Assembly: GCA_049719515.1 (NCBI GenBank)
Contig: JBNARJ010000003.1
Span: forward strand, 151,241-215,240
Direction: 5' to 3'
Length of the DNA: 64,000 nt
Source: Candidatus Saccharicenans sp.
GTDB taxonomy: Bacteria > Acidobacteriota > Aminicenantia > Aminicenantales > Saccharicenantaceae
Translations under genes and position numbers: made by a program
Shown: positions 1-11,273 of the stretch, one piece after another
Position numbering within the stretch: the stretch's first letter is position 1
Layout: each line of letters begins with the position of its first letter
Notes under the pieces: model-generated
The model's input: the letters and a program-made list of their open reading frames with translations, nothing else
The model's database searches: none
What the model was told of the DNA's origin: nothing

Positions 1-830
1 GTGTCTCTTACTATCACTTCAATTTTTTTCTTAAGCTCTTCAGAAATTTCAGCCGGACAGCGGAAAATCTCCAGCGGTTTTTCCGGCCTATCCCAGACCC
101 ATTTGGCTTCGTATGAATAAATCGGGTTGGCCCCCTCCGGAAGCTGACTGTGGTCTATTTCCACAACCGGCAGAATTTCCAGCTCCGGATAATTTCCCAG
201 CACCCCGACGGTAAATTCCCGCCCGGTCAAAAACTCTTCCACAATTGACGGTTCATCATAAAGTCTTTTAATCTCGGCCACTTTCTGACGAAGCTGATTC
301 AGGCTGGTGACCACCGAATCATCTTTTATGCCCTTGCTCGAACCTTCGTAGAGAGGTTTGACGATGGCTGGAAGGGCCACCTCTTCCGGCAGATGTTTCT
401 CGTCCTCGACCACCCAGAAACGGGGGTTGCGAATTCCGTAATAGGAAAGTATTTCTTTGGCTCTTGATTTATCAAGGCAAATTCCCAGCGTCAGCGGGTC
501 AGAACCGGTATAGGGAATGTTCAGGACTTCACAGATTGTTGGAATGTGAGATTCGCGATTCGGCCCGAAAAGTCTTTCCGCTATGTTAAAAACCAGGTCA
601 GGCCTTTCCTGCCGGAGTTTTGGATAGGCTTCTTCATCGGCTTCAATCGGCACTACCCCGTGAAACTTTTGGAGCGCTTGCTGAACGGCAACGATAGTTT
701 CATCGCTATCACATTCAGCAAGCAAATCAGGTGGAGGTTCTTCTCCCTCTTCGATTTTTTCTTCGTGAGGGAAACGCATCAGGGCCTTGGACATGGCCTG
801 TTTCGAACTGAAAAGCAACGCGATTTTCAT
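1..830 (-). CDS. ddl: D-alanine--D-alanine ligase family ATP-grasp protein. Its C-terminus lies beyond the window edge at position 1
   Basis: Hand translation from the ATG at 830 gives MKIALLFSS..., with a Ddl-like C-terminal region (YSYEAKW...FRCPAEI) and an ATP-grasp core (IVKPLYEGSSKGI). The ORF is open through position 1. It is not in the supplied ORF track because it is truncated. Confidence 0.6.
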   Translation of the reverse strand, partial: MKIALLFSSKQAMSKALMRFPHEEKIEEGEEPPPDLLAECDSDETIVAVQQALQKFHGVVPIEADEEAYPKLRQERPDLVFNIAERLFGPNRESHIPTICEVLNIPYTGSDPLTLGICLDKSRAKEILSYYGIRNPRFWVVEDEKHLPEEVALPAIVKPLYEGSSKGIKDDSVVTSLNQLRQKVAEIKRLYDEPSIVEEFLTGREFTVGVLGNYPELEILPVVEIDHSQLPEGANPIYSYEAKWVWDRPEKPLEIFRCPAEISEELKKKIEVIVRD

Positions 831-1000
831 TTTTATTTCTCTTGTCTGTTCAAAATTTGTACAGTCATTCCCCCGTCAAATTTTTTAAATCGCTGCTTTC
901 AGTTTTTTTGCTTTTATCATTTTCAATTGTATATATACAGCTTTTTTTTATGATGTCAATAGTTTTTTTGGAAAAATATACTTTTTTTTGTATTTTTTTT

Positions 1001-1026
1001 TAAAAAAACCACTATCAGTGGTGGCG
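1001..1026 (-). terminator. Putative intrinsic terminator overlapping the atpD stop codon
   Basis: The minus-strand RNA reads CCACU-GAU-AGUGG followed by U7. The stem is short, but the U-tract is strong. It sits at the end of the V-ATPase operon. Confidence 0.35.
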
Positions 1027-1626
1027 AACTATCTCTTTCACCCGCATCAGCTGAACCTGGTAAGAACGTTCAATTTCTTCCAGCCGCGCGGAAATTGCCT
1101 TGATGGTTTCTTTTAGGTTAGGTATCAGAATGTATTCAAGAGCGTTGACTCGCCGGCGGGTGACCTCAATTTCGCCGGACAGCAGTTCCAGTTTTTTCCA
1201 GAGGCTGGCAAATTCCAAAAACTTGGGCAGCGCTTTTTCAAAATGTTTTATGGCCACATCGAGCTCGCTTTCCGTGTTGAGCAAGTCGTAACCGGAAAGT
1301 TCCACCCCGTCGAGCTCAAATTCCGGCACGGTCAGGTTTAACAGCCGCCCTTTTTCCAGTCTGAAAGCGAGGTCGCCGACCGGAACTGCCTCTTCCACTT
1401 CTTCAAGAGAATGCGACATCCTGACCACGGCCAGGGCACGGGTGATGACTTGCATTTCAGTCTGTATTTCCTGGCTCAGGACATTCATCTTTTTTGCTGC
1501 CTCGAGGAACTGACGCATCAATTCTTCGAGCTTATCTTTCAGCAGCTTGTGCCCTCTTTCGGCCAGAGTTAAGCGACGCTTGAGCCGCAGGAGCTCCATC
1601 CGGTTCGGGTTGACTTTTATTTTCAT
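1015..1626 (-). CDS. atpD: V/A-type ATP synthase subunit D
   Basis: 203 aa starting MKIKVNPNRMELLRLKRRL..., a coiled-coil central-stalk protein. It is the last gene of the A/V-ATPase operon. ATG at 1624-1626. Confidence 0.9.
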   Translation of the reverse strand: MKIKVNPNRMELLRLKRRLTLAERGHKLLKDKLEELMRQFLEAAKKMNVLSQEIQTEMQVITRALAVVRMSHSLEEVEEAVPVGDLAFRLEKGRLLNLTVPEFELDGVELSGYDLLNTESELDVAIKHFEKALPKFLEFASLWKKLELLSGEIEVTRRRVNALEYILIPNLKETIKAISARLEEIERSYQVQLMRVKEIVRHH

Positions 1627-1659
1627 CTCACGCCTCGTCGCTTTCTTTTATTTATAGGC

Positions 1660-3024
1660 TCAATAATATTTTTCCAAAAATTCCGGCCTCACTCTCTTCA
1701 GTTCTTTTTTGGGCAGCAACCGCAGAAGTTTCCAGCCGAGGTCTATGGTTTCCTCAATCGAGCGGGCTTCAAATTCGCCCTGCCGGACAAATTCCGTTTC
1801 AAACAGGTCGGCAAACTTGAGATAAACCCGGTCGAGGTCAGAAAGTGCCGCTTCACCGAGAATCAGAGCCAGTTCCCGGGCTTCCTTGCCGCGGGCATAG
1901 CAGGCAAAAAGCTGGTTGAGGACATCAGCGTGGTCTTCCCTGGTTTTGCCTGCGCCGATTCCTTTATCTTTCAACCGAGAAAGCGAGGGCAGAACATCTA
2001 TCGGCGGGTAGATGCCTTTGCGGTGAAGTTCGCGACTGAGGATGATCTGGCCCTCGGTAATGTAACCGGTAAGGTCCGGAATCGGGTGAGTCTTGTCATC
2101 TTCCGGCATGGTCAGGATGGGGATCATGGTGATTGACCCCTTCTTGCCTTTAATCCTTCCGGCCCTTTCATACATGGTGGCCAGGTCAGTATACAGATAC
2201 CCCGGATAACCGCGTCGGCCGGGAATTTCCTTGCGGGCGGCCGAAATTTCCCGCAGGGCTTCCGCGTAGAAGGTCATGTCCACCAGAATGACCAGCACGT
2301 GCATGTCGAGGTCAAAAGCCAGGTACTCCGCGCAGGTAAGTGCCAGGCGTGGAGTAGCAATTCTTTCGATGGCCGGTTCGTTGGCCAAATTCAAAAACAG
2401 AACCGCACGGTCGAGCGCCCCGGTGTTCCTAAAATCTTCAATAAAGAAGTTTGCCTCTTCAAAGGTGATGCCCATCGCGCCAAAGACAACGGCAAATTTT
2501 TCTTCTTTGCCCAGAACCCGGGCCTGGCGGGCAATCTGAGCGGCCAGCCTGGGATGAGGCAAACCACTGCCGGAGAAAATTGGCAGTTTCTGACCGCGCA
2601 CCAGCGGGTTCATCCCGTCAATGGAAGAAATACCGGTTTGAATAAACTCGGACGGATAATCTCGGGCATCCGGGTTGATGGGGCTGCCGTTTATATCAAG
2701 CCGCTTGCGGGCAATAATCTGCGGCCCGTTATCCCTCGGCTTACCGGAACCATCAAACACCCGGCCGATGATTTCTTCCGAAACTGGAAGTTCCTGCGAC
2801 CGGCCGAGAAACCGCACTCTGGATTTATCGATGTCCAGGCCAACCGTGCCTTCAAATACCTGAACCACCGCCTGGTCGGTGGAAACATCCAGCACGGTCC
2901 CGCGACGGATGTTGCCCTGGGAATCTTCTATTTCTACCAGCTCGTTGTATTTAACATCAGCAATTTTTTCGACAATTACCAGAGGCCCAACGATGTTTGA
3001 AACGGTTAAATATTCCTTGTGCAT
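1660..3024 (-). CDS. atpB: V/A-type ATP synthase subunit B
   Basis: Regulatory nucleotide-binding subunit with a conserved core (GPLVIVE...SGSGLPH...). The start is moved from GTG 3033 to ATG 3024, which has a GAGAGGG RBS 8 nt upstream. Confidence 0.92.
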   Translation of the reverse strand: MHKEYLTVSNIVGPLVIVEKIADVKYNELVEIEDSQGNIRRGTVLDVSTDQAVVQVFEGTVGLDIDKSRVRFLGRSQELPVSEEIIGRVFDGSGKPRDNGPQIIARKRLDINGSPINPDARDYPSEFIQTGISSIDGMNPLVRGQKLPIFSGSGLPHPRLAAQIARQARVLGKEEKFAVVFGAMGITFEEANFFIEDFRNTGALDRAVLFLNLANEPAIERIATPRLALTCAEYLAFDLDMHVLVILVDMTFYAEALREISAARKEIPGRRGYPGYLYTDLATMYERAGRIKGKKGSITMIPILTMPEDDKTHPIPDLTGYITEGQIILSRELHRKGIYPPIDVLPSLSRLKDKGIGAGKTREDHADVLNQLFACYARGKEARELALILGEAALSDLDRVYLKFADLFETEFVRQGEFEARSIEETIDLGWKLLRLLPKKELKRVRPEFLEKYY

Positions 3025-3037
3025 GGTCATCACCCTC

Positions 3038-4783
3038 TCATAGCGATTTAAAAGAAGCGTCTATTTCTTTCTCCACGGCCAGCAGAACCTGCTCGTCCTC
3101 CGGCAGATATTTCATCTTGGCAATCTGCTCGCGCACCGGTAGGGCCACAATGTCGGCCAGCTCTTTTCCTTCATCCAGCGCCTGATTGGCTCTCCGATGA
3201 AAATGCAGAATCGCCCTGAGCATCAAGTATTGTTTCCGCAGGGAAGTGTAAGTGTCCTGCGGATGATAGGCATTCTGGTGCAAGAAATCTTCCCGAATCG
3301 ACCTGGCCGTTTCCAGAATCATTCTTTCCTTGAAAGAGAGCGACTCCACCCCGATTAACCTGGCTATTTCCTGAAGCTCCGACTCAAGCTCCAAAAGCTT
3401 CATGGCTTCCTGGCTCAGCTCGACAAAATCTTCTGCCACTTTTTCCGAAAAATATTTTTTGAGCGATTCCCGGTAAAGCGAGTAACTCTGCAGCCAGTTG
3501 ATGGCCGGGAAATGGCGCATGTTGGCCAGCCGGTCATCCAGAGCCCAGAACACCTTGACCACTTTCAGAGTGGCCTGGACCACCGGGTCAGACAGGTCGC
3601 CACCCGGCGGGCTGACCGCGCCGATCACGCTCAGCGCACCAACCCGTTCGTCAGAGCCGAGGCAGACCACCTTCCCGGCTCTTTCATAGAATTCAGCCAG
3701 ACGGCTGGCCAGGTAAGCCGGATAACCTTCATCGCCGGGCATTTCTTCCATTCGGCCGCCTATCTCTCTCAGAGCTTCAGCCCAGCGAGAAGAAGAATCC
3801 GCCATCAAAGCGACCGAATACCCCATATCTCTGAAATACTCGGCAATGGTCATTCCCGTGTAGATTGAAGCTTCGCGAGCGGCCACCGGCATGTTGGAGG
3901 TGTTGGCGATGATGATGGTTCTTTCGAGCAGCGGGCGTCCGGTGCTCGGGTCCTTTAATTCCGGGAAGCTAAGCAGCAGGTCGGCCACTTCGTTTCCCCG
4001 CTCACCGCAGGCCACATAAACTATTATTTGGGCATCAGACCATTTGGCCAGCTGATGCTGGACGACCGTTTTGCCGCTGCCGAACGGCCCGGGCACGCAG
4101 GCCGTGCCACCCTTGGCCAGCGGGAAAAGCGTATCAAGAATTCGCTGCCCGGTGACCAGAGGTTCGAGCGGCATCAGCCTCTCCTTAGATGGCCTCCGTT
4201 TACGCACCGGCCATACCTGAAAGAGGTTTAACTCTTTTTCTTCGCCCGTTTTACTCTTTACCCGGCAGACAACTTCTGTTACCTGAAATTCTCCTTCCTT
4301 AATGTCCACTATTTCACCTTCCACGCCCACCGGCACCATAATCCGGTGCTGGATAAGCGGGGTTTCCTGGACATAACCGATGATGTCGCCAGGAACGACT
4401 GCTTCGCCCTTTTTCTTTAGCGGCTTAAACTCCCATTTCTTTTCCCGTTTAAGGGCCGGAACTTCTATACCCCTCGAGACGAAATCACCGTGCTGGGCTC
4501 TGATGATATCAAGAGGTCTCTGAATACCGTCGTAAATCGAACCCAGAAGACCGGGGCCAAGCTCGACCGACAGGGGTTTTTCTGTAAGCAAAACCGGTTC
4601 ACCCGGGCCAACTCCGGTTGTATCTTCATAGACCTGGATGTAGGCCTGGTCGTTGTTAAGCTCAATTATTTCACCGATAAGGCCGAGACGGCCGACCTTC
4701 ACCATGTCATACATCTTGGCGCCGAGACACTCGGCGGCTACTACCAGCGGGCCGGCAACTCTTATAATCTTACCTTGTCTCAT
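3038..4783 (-). CDS. atpA: V/A-type ATP synthase catalytic subunit A
   Basis: Walker A motif GPFGSGKT and A-subunit non-homologous region. The start is moved to ATG 4783 ([14 protein letters not shown]...) with an AGGAAGG RBS. The ORF-track start at 4813 would overlap atpF by 44 nt. Confidence 0.92.
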   Translation of the reverse strand: MRQGKIIRVAGPLVVAAECLGAKMYDMVKVGRLGLIGEIIELNNDQAYIQVYEDTTGVGPGEPVLLTEKPLSVELGPGLLGSIYDGIQRPLDIIRAQHGDFVSRGIEVPALKREKKWEFKPLKKKGEAVVPGDIIGYVQETPLIQHRIMVPVGVEGEIVDIKEGEFQVTEVVCRVKSKTGEEKELNLFQVWPVRKRRPSKERLMPLEPLVTGQRILDTLFPLAKGGTACVPGPFGSGKTVVQHQLAKWSDAQIIVYVACGERGNEVADLLLSFPELKDPSTGRPLLERTIIIANTSNMPVAAREASIYTGMTIAEYFRDMGYSVALMADSSSRWAEALREIGGRMEEMPGDEGYPAYLASRLAEFYERAGKVVCLGSDERVGALSVIGAVSPPGGDLSDPVVQATLKVVKVFWALDDRLANMRHFPAINWLQSYSLYRESLKKYFSEKVAEDFVELSQEAMKLLELESELQEIARLIGVESLSFKERMILETARSIREDFLHQNAYHPQDTYTSLRKQYLMLRAILHFHRRANQALDEGKELADIVALPVREQIAKMKYLPEDEQVLLAVEKEIDASFKSL

Positions 4784-5120
4784 GGTTCTTCCTTCCTCTG
4801 GAGAAAAGTGCATCCGAGCCGGTGGCTTTTATCGAAAGCTCGGACATGAATTTTTCTATGGCATCTGAAATTCCCCGGTAATCTGAAAAACCCATCCAGA
4901 CGGGGGAAAATTTCTGGCTGAGGGCAGACAGCTCGCTTCCGAGCTTTTCCATCCACTCTTCCTGAATAAGGCACAGGGCATACTTTTCGCTAACCACCTG
5001 GGCCAGCATTTCTCTGGCTTCTTCCACCGTGCCGGGTGAAAAAACAGTCAGCCCGAAAGCTTGAAGCGGCAGGAATAAATTCCTGTCACCAATCAGGGCT
5101 ATTTTGCTCTTTTCAGACAT
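4770..5120 (-). CDS. atpF: V/A-type ATP synthase subunit F
   Basis: 116 aa starting MSEKSKIALIGDRNLFLPLQAFG..., the typical small F subunit. Placed between C and A. Confidence 0.8.
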   Translation of the reverse strand: MSEKSKIALIGDRNLFLPLQAFGLTVFSPGTVEEAREMLAQVVSEKYALCLIQEEWMEKLGSELSALSQKFSPVWMGFSDYRGISDAIEKFMSELSIKATGSDALFSRGRKNHETR

Positions 5121-5901
5121 AGGTCTGAGTTATCCTTTCTTTGATGATGTTTTCCGGCAGGCCCAGCATCTTTCCCACCAGCACGAGGCGTACGAGCTTT
5201 AACTCCTGTTTTCTGGCCAGACCGTAAGCGAAAAGAATTTCCGGGCCAAAAGTTATCTGCCTGGCTTTTTTCAGAATCTCCATCAGCAGATTTTCCGCCT
5301 CTCTTTCGAAAACGATAAAGCTTTCCTGCGCCAGGAGAAAACTGACTCCCTGCTTCCAGACCTCGGCATAGGGATAAGCCCTGAGTGCCGAAGCAAAATC
5401 TTCAAGCGGAGTTTCCAGATGCTCTGAGAAAAACTTCCTTTCCAGGCTGCCGCCCGAAATAAAATTTTCTTCCAGACACGAAGCGGGTTTTTCTAAATAG
5501 CGACAACGCAGGAAAAGTTTCAGGTTGGAAAGGTCTATTTTTTTTGTTAAGTACTCTCGAATAAATAGGTTTTCTACCTTCGAGCCCATGGCTGAGGCCT
5601 GGGCCAGGTCCTCCAGCGCCCGGTAGAGGTCGAACTCTTCTTTTTCCAGAAAAAGCTCCTGCAAAGTAAAATCAAGCGCAATTCTTTCTTTTTTCAGCAC
5701 GCGGTCAAGCGCTTCCGGCGAGCCGGCCAGAAGCAGGTCTTCTCCGTATTTCCCGGCGTCAGAAATGATTTCCAGGGCTCTTTCCGGGCTTTCGGCCGAG
5801 GCCGCTTCGCGAAAAACCGGCTGCGGAATAAGATAGTTTTCGAGCGCTCTGATGCGGCCAACGGCAAAGGCATAATCTAAGGGAGGATGCTGACGCGCCA
5901 T
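5113..5901 (-). CDS. atpC: V/A-type ATP synthase subunit C
   Basis: 262 aa alpha-helical protein in the canonical position between E and F. ATG at 5899-5901. Confidence 0.75.
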   Translation of the reverse strand: MARQHPPLDYAFAVGRIRALENYLIPQPVFREAASAESPERALEIISDAGKYGEDLLLAGSPEALDRVLKKERIALDFTLQELFLEKEEFDLYRALEDLAQASAMGSKVENLFIREYLTKKIDLSNLKLFLRCRYLEKPASCLEENFISGGSLERKFFSEHLETPLEDFASALRAYPYAEVWKQGVSFLLAQESFIVFEREAENLLMEILKKARQITFGPEILFAYGLARKQELKLVRLVLVGKMLGLPENIIKERITQTYV

Positions 5902-5902
5902 T

Positions 5903-6319
5903 TTATATCTTTAACCACTCCACGATGTCGTTTTCTACTTCCGGCCCGAGTTCGGTCAGAAGCCGGTCTGCCGGAAGGACTTCTTCTTTGAGTCCCTCGC
6001 GGGATACGATTTTTTTCTTCAGGCGAGCCTTCTTTAACTCTTCAGTTTGGAGAGCCGCTCTCAGCACCCGGTCAATCAGCTCCCGCCTAATCTTCAGAAG
6101 TTCCATCCTTCGGCTCAGCTGGGCTTCAGTCAGAATTCGGCTGGCTTCCAGCCGTGCTTCAGCTTCAGCCTGTTTTAAAATTTCTGCTGCCTGAAGCCGC
6201 GCTTTTTCTTCTGCATCTTTCTTTATGGTTTCGGCTTTTTCTCGGGCTTCAGTCAGGATGGCCTGCACTTCAGCCTGAGCTTCCTGCTCTATTTTTTCCA
6301 GTATCTTTCCCAGGCTCAT
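5903..6319 (-). CDS. atpE: V/A-type ATP synthase subunit E
   Basis: MSLGKILEKIEQEAQAEVQAIL..., a charged coiled-coil peripheral-stalk protein. The start is moved to ATG 6319. The longer 6475 start would overlap the K subunit. Confidence 0.75.
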   Translation of the reverse strand: MSLGKILEKIEQEAQAEVQAILTEAREKAETIKKDAEEKARLQAAEILKQAEAEARLEASRILTEAQLSRRMELLKIRRELIDRVLRAALQTEELKKARLKKKIVSREGLKEEVLPADRLLTELGPEVENDIVEWLKI

Positions 6320-6336
6320 TTTCTTCTTTCTGGTTA

Positions 6337-6813
<477 letters not shown>

Positions 6814-6847
6814 CTACCTCCTGATTGAGTACGGTTCATTTTATTTA

Positions 6848-8764
6848 TTACCTGATAAACTCCACATATTTATTTTCTAATTTGAATGGCTTAAACGGCC
6901 GGCCGCCGGCCTGGTAAAACCGGGTGAAAAATTCCACAAATTGCAACCTCATCGAATGGACAAAGGCACCCAGAAAACCAATGGCCAGGTTAAACAGATG
7001 CCCGCCGATGAACCCCAGCACTCCGATTATCCAGCCGAGGACCGGAATTTTCCATACAATCTGCACGATGGAATTTACTACCATGGCAATGACGCCGGTA
7101 GAAAGCCCCAGGGCGAGAATTCTGGAATACGATAGTATATCGGCCATGTAACCAGAGATACCGTAAAGACCGTACAGGCCGCTAAAAACCCTGGCCACCG
7201 GATTCTTCGATTTGGAAGTGAACAGAACAATGCCTGCCGCCCCCAGCAGGGCTGAATAGCCAAGCCAGGGCTGTTTCAGAGCGAGATAACCAACCAGTGA
7301 GGGTAAAAGGATTATCCACCCACCTTTAACGGCAATGGCTCCCACTCTGTTTCCCTCGCGGTACTCTTTAACCAGGCTGAGAAACGTCGACAGAAGTACC
7401 TGGATGAACCCGAGAACCAGGGACAAAATCATGAAGGGAATCGGGTCTTTCAGCGGGTCGATGAGCAGCAGTGGCTTTATCGGAAAGCCTAACCAGCCCC
7501 CAACCAGAGTTCCAAACACCACGTTGGAAAGGCCGAGGTAAAGCATCAAACGCATGAACATTCTGGTGCCGCCCTGCGGTTTGGCCAGTTTGAGATAAAG
7601 AAGGCTCAGCAGGGCCACCAGAAGCCCGTAACCGCCTTCACTGACGCACAGCCCGACGAACACAAAAAAGAAAGGTGCCAGGTAAACAGTCGGGTCAATC
7701 GTCCCTGGCTGGGGCAAACCATACAGGCTGGTAATTATTTCAAAAGGTTTTAGAATTTCCGGATTTTCCAAAATGACGGGAGCCTGTTCCTGTTCTTCAG
7801 GCGACGGGTCACGAAGCGTCAGAAAAACCAGCTCCGAAAATTTATGAATTTTTTCCGCAAATCTTTCCGCATCGGCTGCCGGGACCCAACCGGTGAGCAG
7901 GCTGGTTTTTTCTGTCAGGCCGGCCAGGCTGGCCCCGGCCATTTTTTCTTTCTCGTTCAGCAGTACGTCGTAAACGGCCATCAGAGCCGGCCGGTGGACG
8001 GCAAAGCCGAGCAGTTCTTTTTCAAGTTTTAATACCCGTTCCTTTCTCTCTTCTTTCTTCTGGCCGAGCTCTTTAAGTAAATCTTCAACTTTTTCTCCAG
8101 CTTTAGCCCGGTTCAAGTACTGGCTCAAAACCAGAAAATTTGCTTTCAGCTCAGAAAATATTCTTTCCACATCGGCCCGCGCCGCCTCATGGTAAACAAT
8201 CATCAGCAGAACAGAATTCTTGCTTTGTTTGATAATTTCAACCGCCGCTTCCAGCTCCCGGACCTGCTCCAGGATGTGGCTGAGGTCAGCCGGCTGGACC
8301 TCCACCAGCTCTACCTGGCAGGTTCTCAGCCCGGTTAATTCTCTAAGCGGGATGGTCAGGACAGTTAAAGGTCGCAGGAAATCTTCTTCCTTTTCAACCT
8401 GTTTTATTTCCTGAAGGAGCTCATTCCGGTGAGCCTCAAGCTTTTCATAGTCTTCGACAATTTTTTGATAATTAAAATCGAGCAGAGCTTTCCTCAGGCT
8501 GGCCGAGTATTTTGGCTTCTGGGCCAGCAGTTTATCCAGCCCTTTCTTGGGCTCAGTTTCCGGCAGGCTGGTTATCACGTGGTTAAGGCGAGCCAGCCAT
8601 CTTTCATACTCAGAAAGGTCTGTTTCAGCCGGGGCTAATTTCCATTCTTCGTATGGCAAAGAATCGAGCTGGGCCAGCCCGATTTCCTGAAGATACGACA
8701 GAAAACCGTCGAGCTGGTCCCGGGGCACCAGGATTTCAAATCGCTTTACCGGAGAAATGGACAT
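6848..8764 (-). CDS. atpI: V/A-type ATP synthase subunit I (membrane a-subunit)
   Basis: About 640 aa with an N-terminal soluble coiled-coil half and a C-terminal polytopic membrane half. The ORF track begins at TTG 8770; an ATG lies at 8764, 2 nt after the H stop. Confidence 0.85.
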   Translation of the reverse strand: MSISPVKRFEILVPRDQLDGFLSYLQEIGLAQLDSLPYEEWKLAPAETDLSEYERWLARLNHVITSLPETEPKKGLDKLLAQKPKYSASLRKALLDFNYQKIVEDYEKLEAHRNELLQEIKQVEKEEDFLRPLTVLTIPLRELTGLRTCQVELVEVQPADLSHILEQVRELEAAVEIIKQSKNSVLLMIVYHEAARADVERIFSELKANFLVLSQYLNRAKAGEKVEDLLKELGQKKEERKERVLKLEKELLGFAVHRPALMAVYDVLLNEKEKMAGASLAGLTEKTSLLTGWVPAADAERFAEKIHKFSELVFLTLRDPSPEEQEQAPVILENPEILKPFEIITSLYGLPQPGTIDPTVYLAPFFFVFVGLCVSEGGYGLLVALLSLLYLKLAKPQGGTRMFMRLMLYLGLSNVVFGTLVGGWLGFPIKPLLLIDPLKDPIPFMILSLVLGFIQVLLSTFLSLVKEYREGNRVGAIAVKGGWIILLPSLVGYLALKQPWLGYSALLGAAGIVLFTSKSKNPVARVFSGLYGLYGISGYMADILSYSRILALGLSTGVIAMVVNSIVQIVWKIPVLGWIIGVLGFIGGHLFNLAIGFLGAFVHSMRLQFVEFFTRFYQAGGRPFKPFKLENKYVEFIR

Positions 8765-8766
8765 CT

Positions 8767-9153
8767 TCAACCTTCCCGTGAAGTCAACAACTGACGTAAT
8801 TTTTCTGCAGTCTTGCTTACAGCTTCTTCAAAATTAGCCTCGCCCTGTTTTAAAAGTGCCTGCTTTTCTTCCTCGGTTTGCTGTTTTATGGCGGCCGCCT
8901 CCGCTTCGGCTTTCTGGATGATTTCGCTTTTTATCCTCTCAGCCTCACGCCGCGCTTCAGATAGGATTTCTCTCTTCAATTGCTCAGCTTCTTCTCCTGC
9001 CTTCCGCAGAATTTCAGGAAAAGATTTCTGCCGGGCTTCTTCTACCAGCAACCTGGCTTTTTCCTCTGCTTCCCTTACCCTCTGCAGAGCCTGCCAGGCC
9101 GCGTTACTGCTTTCTTCCTGTTCTTTTCTTTCTTTTTCTTCCATGTTTATCAT
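8767..9153 (-). CDS. V/A-type ATP synthase subunit H/G-like small coiled-coil protein
   Basis: 128 aa, highly charged (E/K/R/A-rich) helical protein at the head of the operon, the position of subunit H/G in A-type operons. Confidence 0.6.
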   Translation of the reverse strand: MINMEEKERKEQEESSNAAWQALQRVREAEEKARLLVEEARQKSFPEILRKAGEEAEQLKREILSEARREAERIKSEIIQKAEAEAAAIKQQTEEEKQALLKQGEANFEEAVSKTAEKLRQLLTSREG

Positions 9154-9245
9154 CCAGAAGCAAAATAAGAAGATATATTATATCCAAAATTTCACCGAGC
9201 GAAACCTGCTCCGGGGTTAAGTTTCAAAAGAACGAACAGTCAACT

Positions 9246-10043
9246 TCAGGTCATAAGATTCGGGTAAAGATAATAGGCTTCCCCGGGCAGTTCTTTTTTC
9301 CGCCAGCGTTTCTCCAGGTGGTAAAGCTTGGAGCTGAATTCAACCGGCGGCAGGTTAAAAATCAAAAATGCACCGTGCCGGTCAAGAAGTTCAAGGAAAT
9401 GGTCAGATTGGGCACGGTCAAGGTGGACCACCAGATGCCCTTTCTTTTTTTTCATTTCTTTCAGCAGGTCCAAGAGCATCGTTTTCTGGTCTTCAGAAAA
9501 ATTTCGGTTGGACACATGAATCCACGTTAATTTTTGACTGATTTCAGCCAACTTTTCTTCCAGGTTTTGATGATGATAATAAACGAGCGTTACCCCGGAA
9601 GTTGAGATATTTCTTGAAAGCCTGGCCAGCCAGTCAAGGTCCAGCGCTCTTTCTCTGGAAGAAATAATTACCGAATTAAAGGACTTCAAATCGGTAAATA
9701 ATTCCTCCTGGCCGTTAAGATTTTTTTCTAACAGCAGATAAACTGGTCTTTTCTTCTTACGCAGTATCTCCGCCAGAAAGCTTAAACCGCGAAGGTCTTC
9801 GCGGACCGAATCAGAAGTATAAAAAGAAAAAGGAAAGCAGCTGAGCATTTCTATCTGCAGGTGGTCGAGCTTCCCGCTATCTACCAGGCTTATGGATACT
9901 TTCTTTCTGGCCGCTTCTTCCAGAATTTTCTGGAGCCCGGAAAATTCATACTGGTCATCACGGATAATCAGCCTCTGTCGGCGAAGCTCTCCCCGGCTCT
10001 GGCTTAAGGTCTCCAGCAGGTCCATGGTCCGTTCATATCTCAA
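9246..10043 (-). CDS. Hypothetical protein immediately upstream of the V-ATPase operon
   Basis: 265 aa ORF with no motif I recognise. The start is uncertain: TTG at 10043 or ATG at 10025. Confidence 0.45.
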   Translation of the reverse strand: MRYERTMDLLETLSQSRGELRRQRLIIRDDQYEFSGLQKILEEAARKKVSISLVDSGKLDHLQIEMLSCFPFSFYTSDSVREDLRGLSFLAEILRKKKRPVYLLLEKNLNGQEELFTDLKSFNSVIISSRERALDLDWLARLSRNISTSGVTLVYYHHQNLEEKLAEISQKLTWIHVSNRNFSEDQKTMLLDLLKEMKKKKGHLVVHLDRAQSDHFLELLDRHGAFLIFNLPPVEFSSKLYHLEKRWRKKELPGEAYYLYPNLMT

Positions 10044-10553
10044 GTTTTTTTATACATTAGCACCCGTTACCGGCCATGTCAACCAAGCGGAAAAGGAACG
10101 GTCCAGTTAATATTAGCTTGAGCAAATCAGAAGAAACTGCCTGAAGATAGTTCCTGTATTCAGCAAATCACTGGAACACACTTGTGAAGAGGATTACTAA
10201 TGGCCCCGGAACCTTCTGTCTTATCCTGGTTGTTTCGAAGACAAACCGGGCTGCTTCTTATCAGCCCGTGTATTACCAAAGATCTGGCTTATCACCAACC
10301 ACTGCCCAGAGAACCGGCATCTGAATAATCTTTTTTTTATTCAACGGACTTTTATTAAGCTCTCTACCAAAGAAGGCCTGAGGGAAAGAGGAAAATTCGG
10401 CAGGTTTCCCTGATCTAAGATGATTTTGGCTTTATTCTGTCGCCGTCCGGTTCTCATAAACCGGTTGAGTGAGGCTAAAACCTGCTGTATTATTTTAATA
10501 AGGTTAAATTTGAAAAAGGCTGCGTTTTTAAGAAATTCTCAGGAAAATAAGCT

Positions 10554-11273
10554 ATGACCAAGACAAAAGCTAAAACCAAAGAAGGCTGCCTGGTGCTTCT
10601 GTCCGGCGGGATAGACTCTACCACCGCGCTGTACTGGGCAAGACTTCGCTACCGTAAAGTTATTCCGGTAATTTTTTCCTACGGGCAGCGTCACCGAATA
10701 GAAGTCAAAATGGCCAGAAAAATCTGCCGTAAGCTGGGCCTGGAGCCAAGAATCATAAAAATCGACCTGCGCCAGATAGGGGGCTCGGCCCTGACTGACC
10801 GCACGGTTAAACTTCCTGAATTTAAAAATGACCGGGAAATAAAAAAAGGCCTGCCGGCCACTTATGTGCCTTTTCGCAACGGCATTTTCCTGTCGCTGGC
10901 CGCCGCTCTGGCCGAAACTCTGGGGCTTTACGACCTGGTCTGCGGGTTTAACGTTATCGATTCGCCCAACTACCCGGATACCACCGGCTCTTTTGTCAAA
11001 GCGGTCGAAAAGGCTATCAATGAAGGGACCGGTGCCAGGTATGGCCGAAAAAAGTTCCGCGTGCTGGCTCCTTTTCTTAAGATGAAAAAATCAGAAATAA
11101 TTTCCTACGGATTAGCCGTCGGGGCCGATTATTCTCATTCCATCACCTGCTATGCGGGCGAGGAAGTGCCCTGCGGGCGGTGTTCCGCCTGCCTGCTCAG
11201 AAAGAAAGCCTGGCAGGAAATCGGGCAGGAAGACCATCTTCTGGTGCGCCTCAGAAAGGAGGGGAAAATATGA
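10554..11273 (+). CDS. queC: 7-cyano-7-deazaguanine synthase
   Basis: LLSGGIDS PP-loop motif and a C-terminal Zn-binding Cys cluster (CYAGEEVPCGRCSAC). Confidence 0.92.
   Translation: MTKTKAKTKEGCLVLLSGGIDSTTALYWARLRYRKVIPVIFSYGQRHRIEVKMARKICRKLGLEPRIIKIDLRQIGGSALTDRTVKLPEFKNDREIKKGLPATYVPFRNGIFLSLAAALAETLGLYDLVCGFNVIDSPNYPDTTGSFVKAVEKAINEGTGARYGRKKFRVLAPFLKMKKSEIISYGLAVGADYSHSITCYAGEEVPCGRCSACLLRKKAWQEIGQEDHLLVRLRKEGKI

Noticed and set aside
546-953. 135 aa plus-strand ORF from the track
   Set aside because: Low-complexity F/L-rich translation of the T-rich spacer, antisense to the ddl-like gene start; no RBS. Judged spurious.
2299-3000. 233 aa plus-strand ORF inside the V-ATPase B gene
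   Set aside because: Antisense to a highly conserved gene; no independent support.
8813-9220. 135 aa plus-strand ORF opposite atpH
   Set aside because: Antisense shadow ORF; Ser/Ala/Cys-rich low complexity.
10044-10553. Possible preQ1 riboswitch upstream of queC
   Set aside because: I looked for the preQ1-I hallmark (short hairpin followed by an A-rich ...AAAAAACUA tail) and for preQ1-II-like elements and found only a generic hairpin (CCGG-uucucauaaa-CCGG). No claim without a covariance-model scan.
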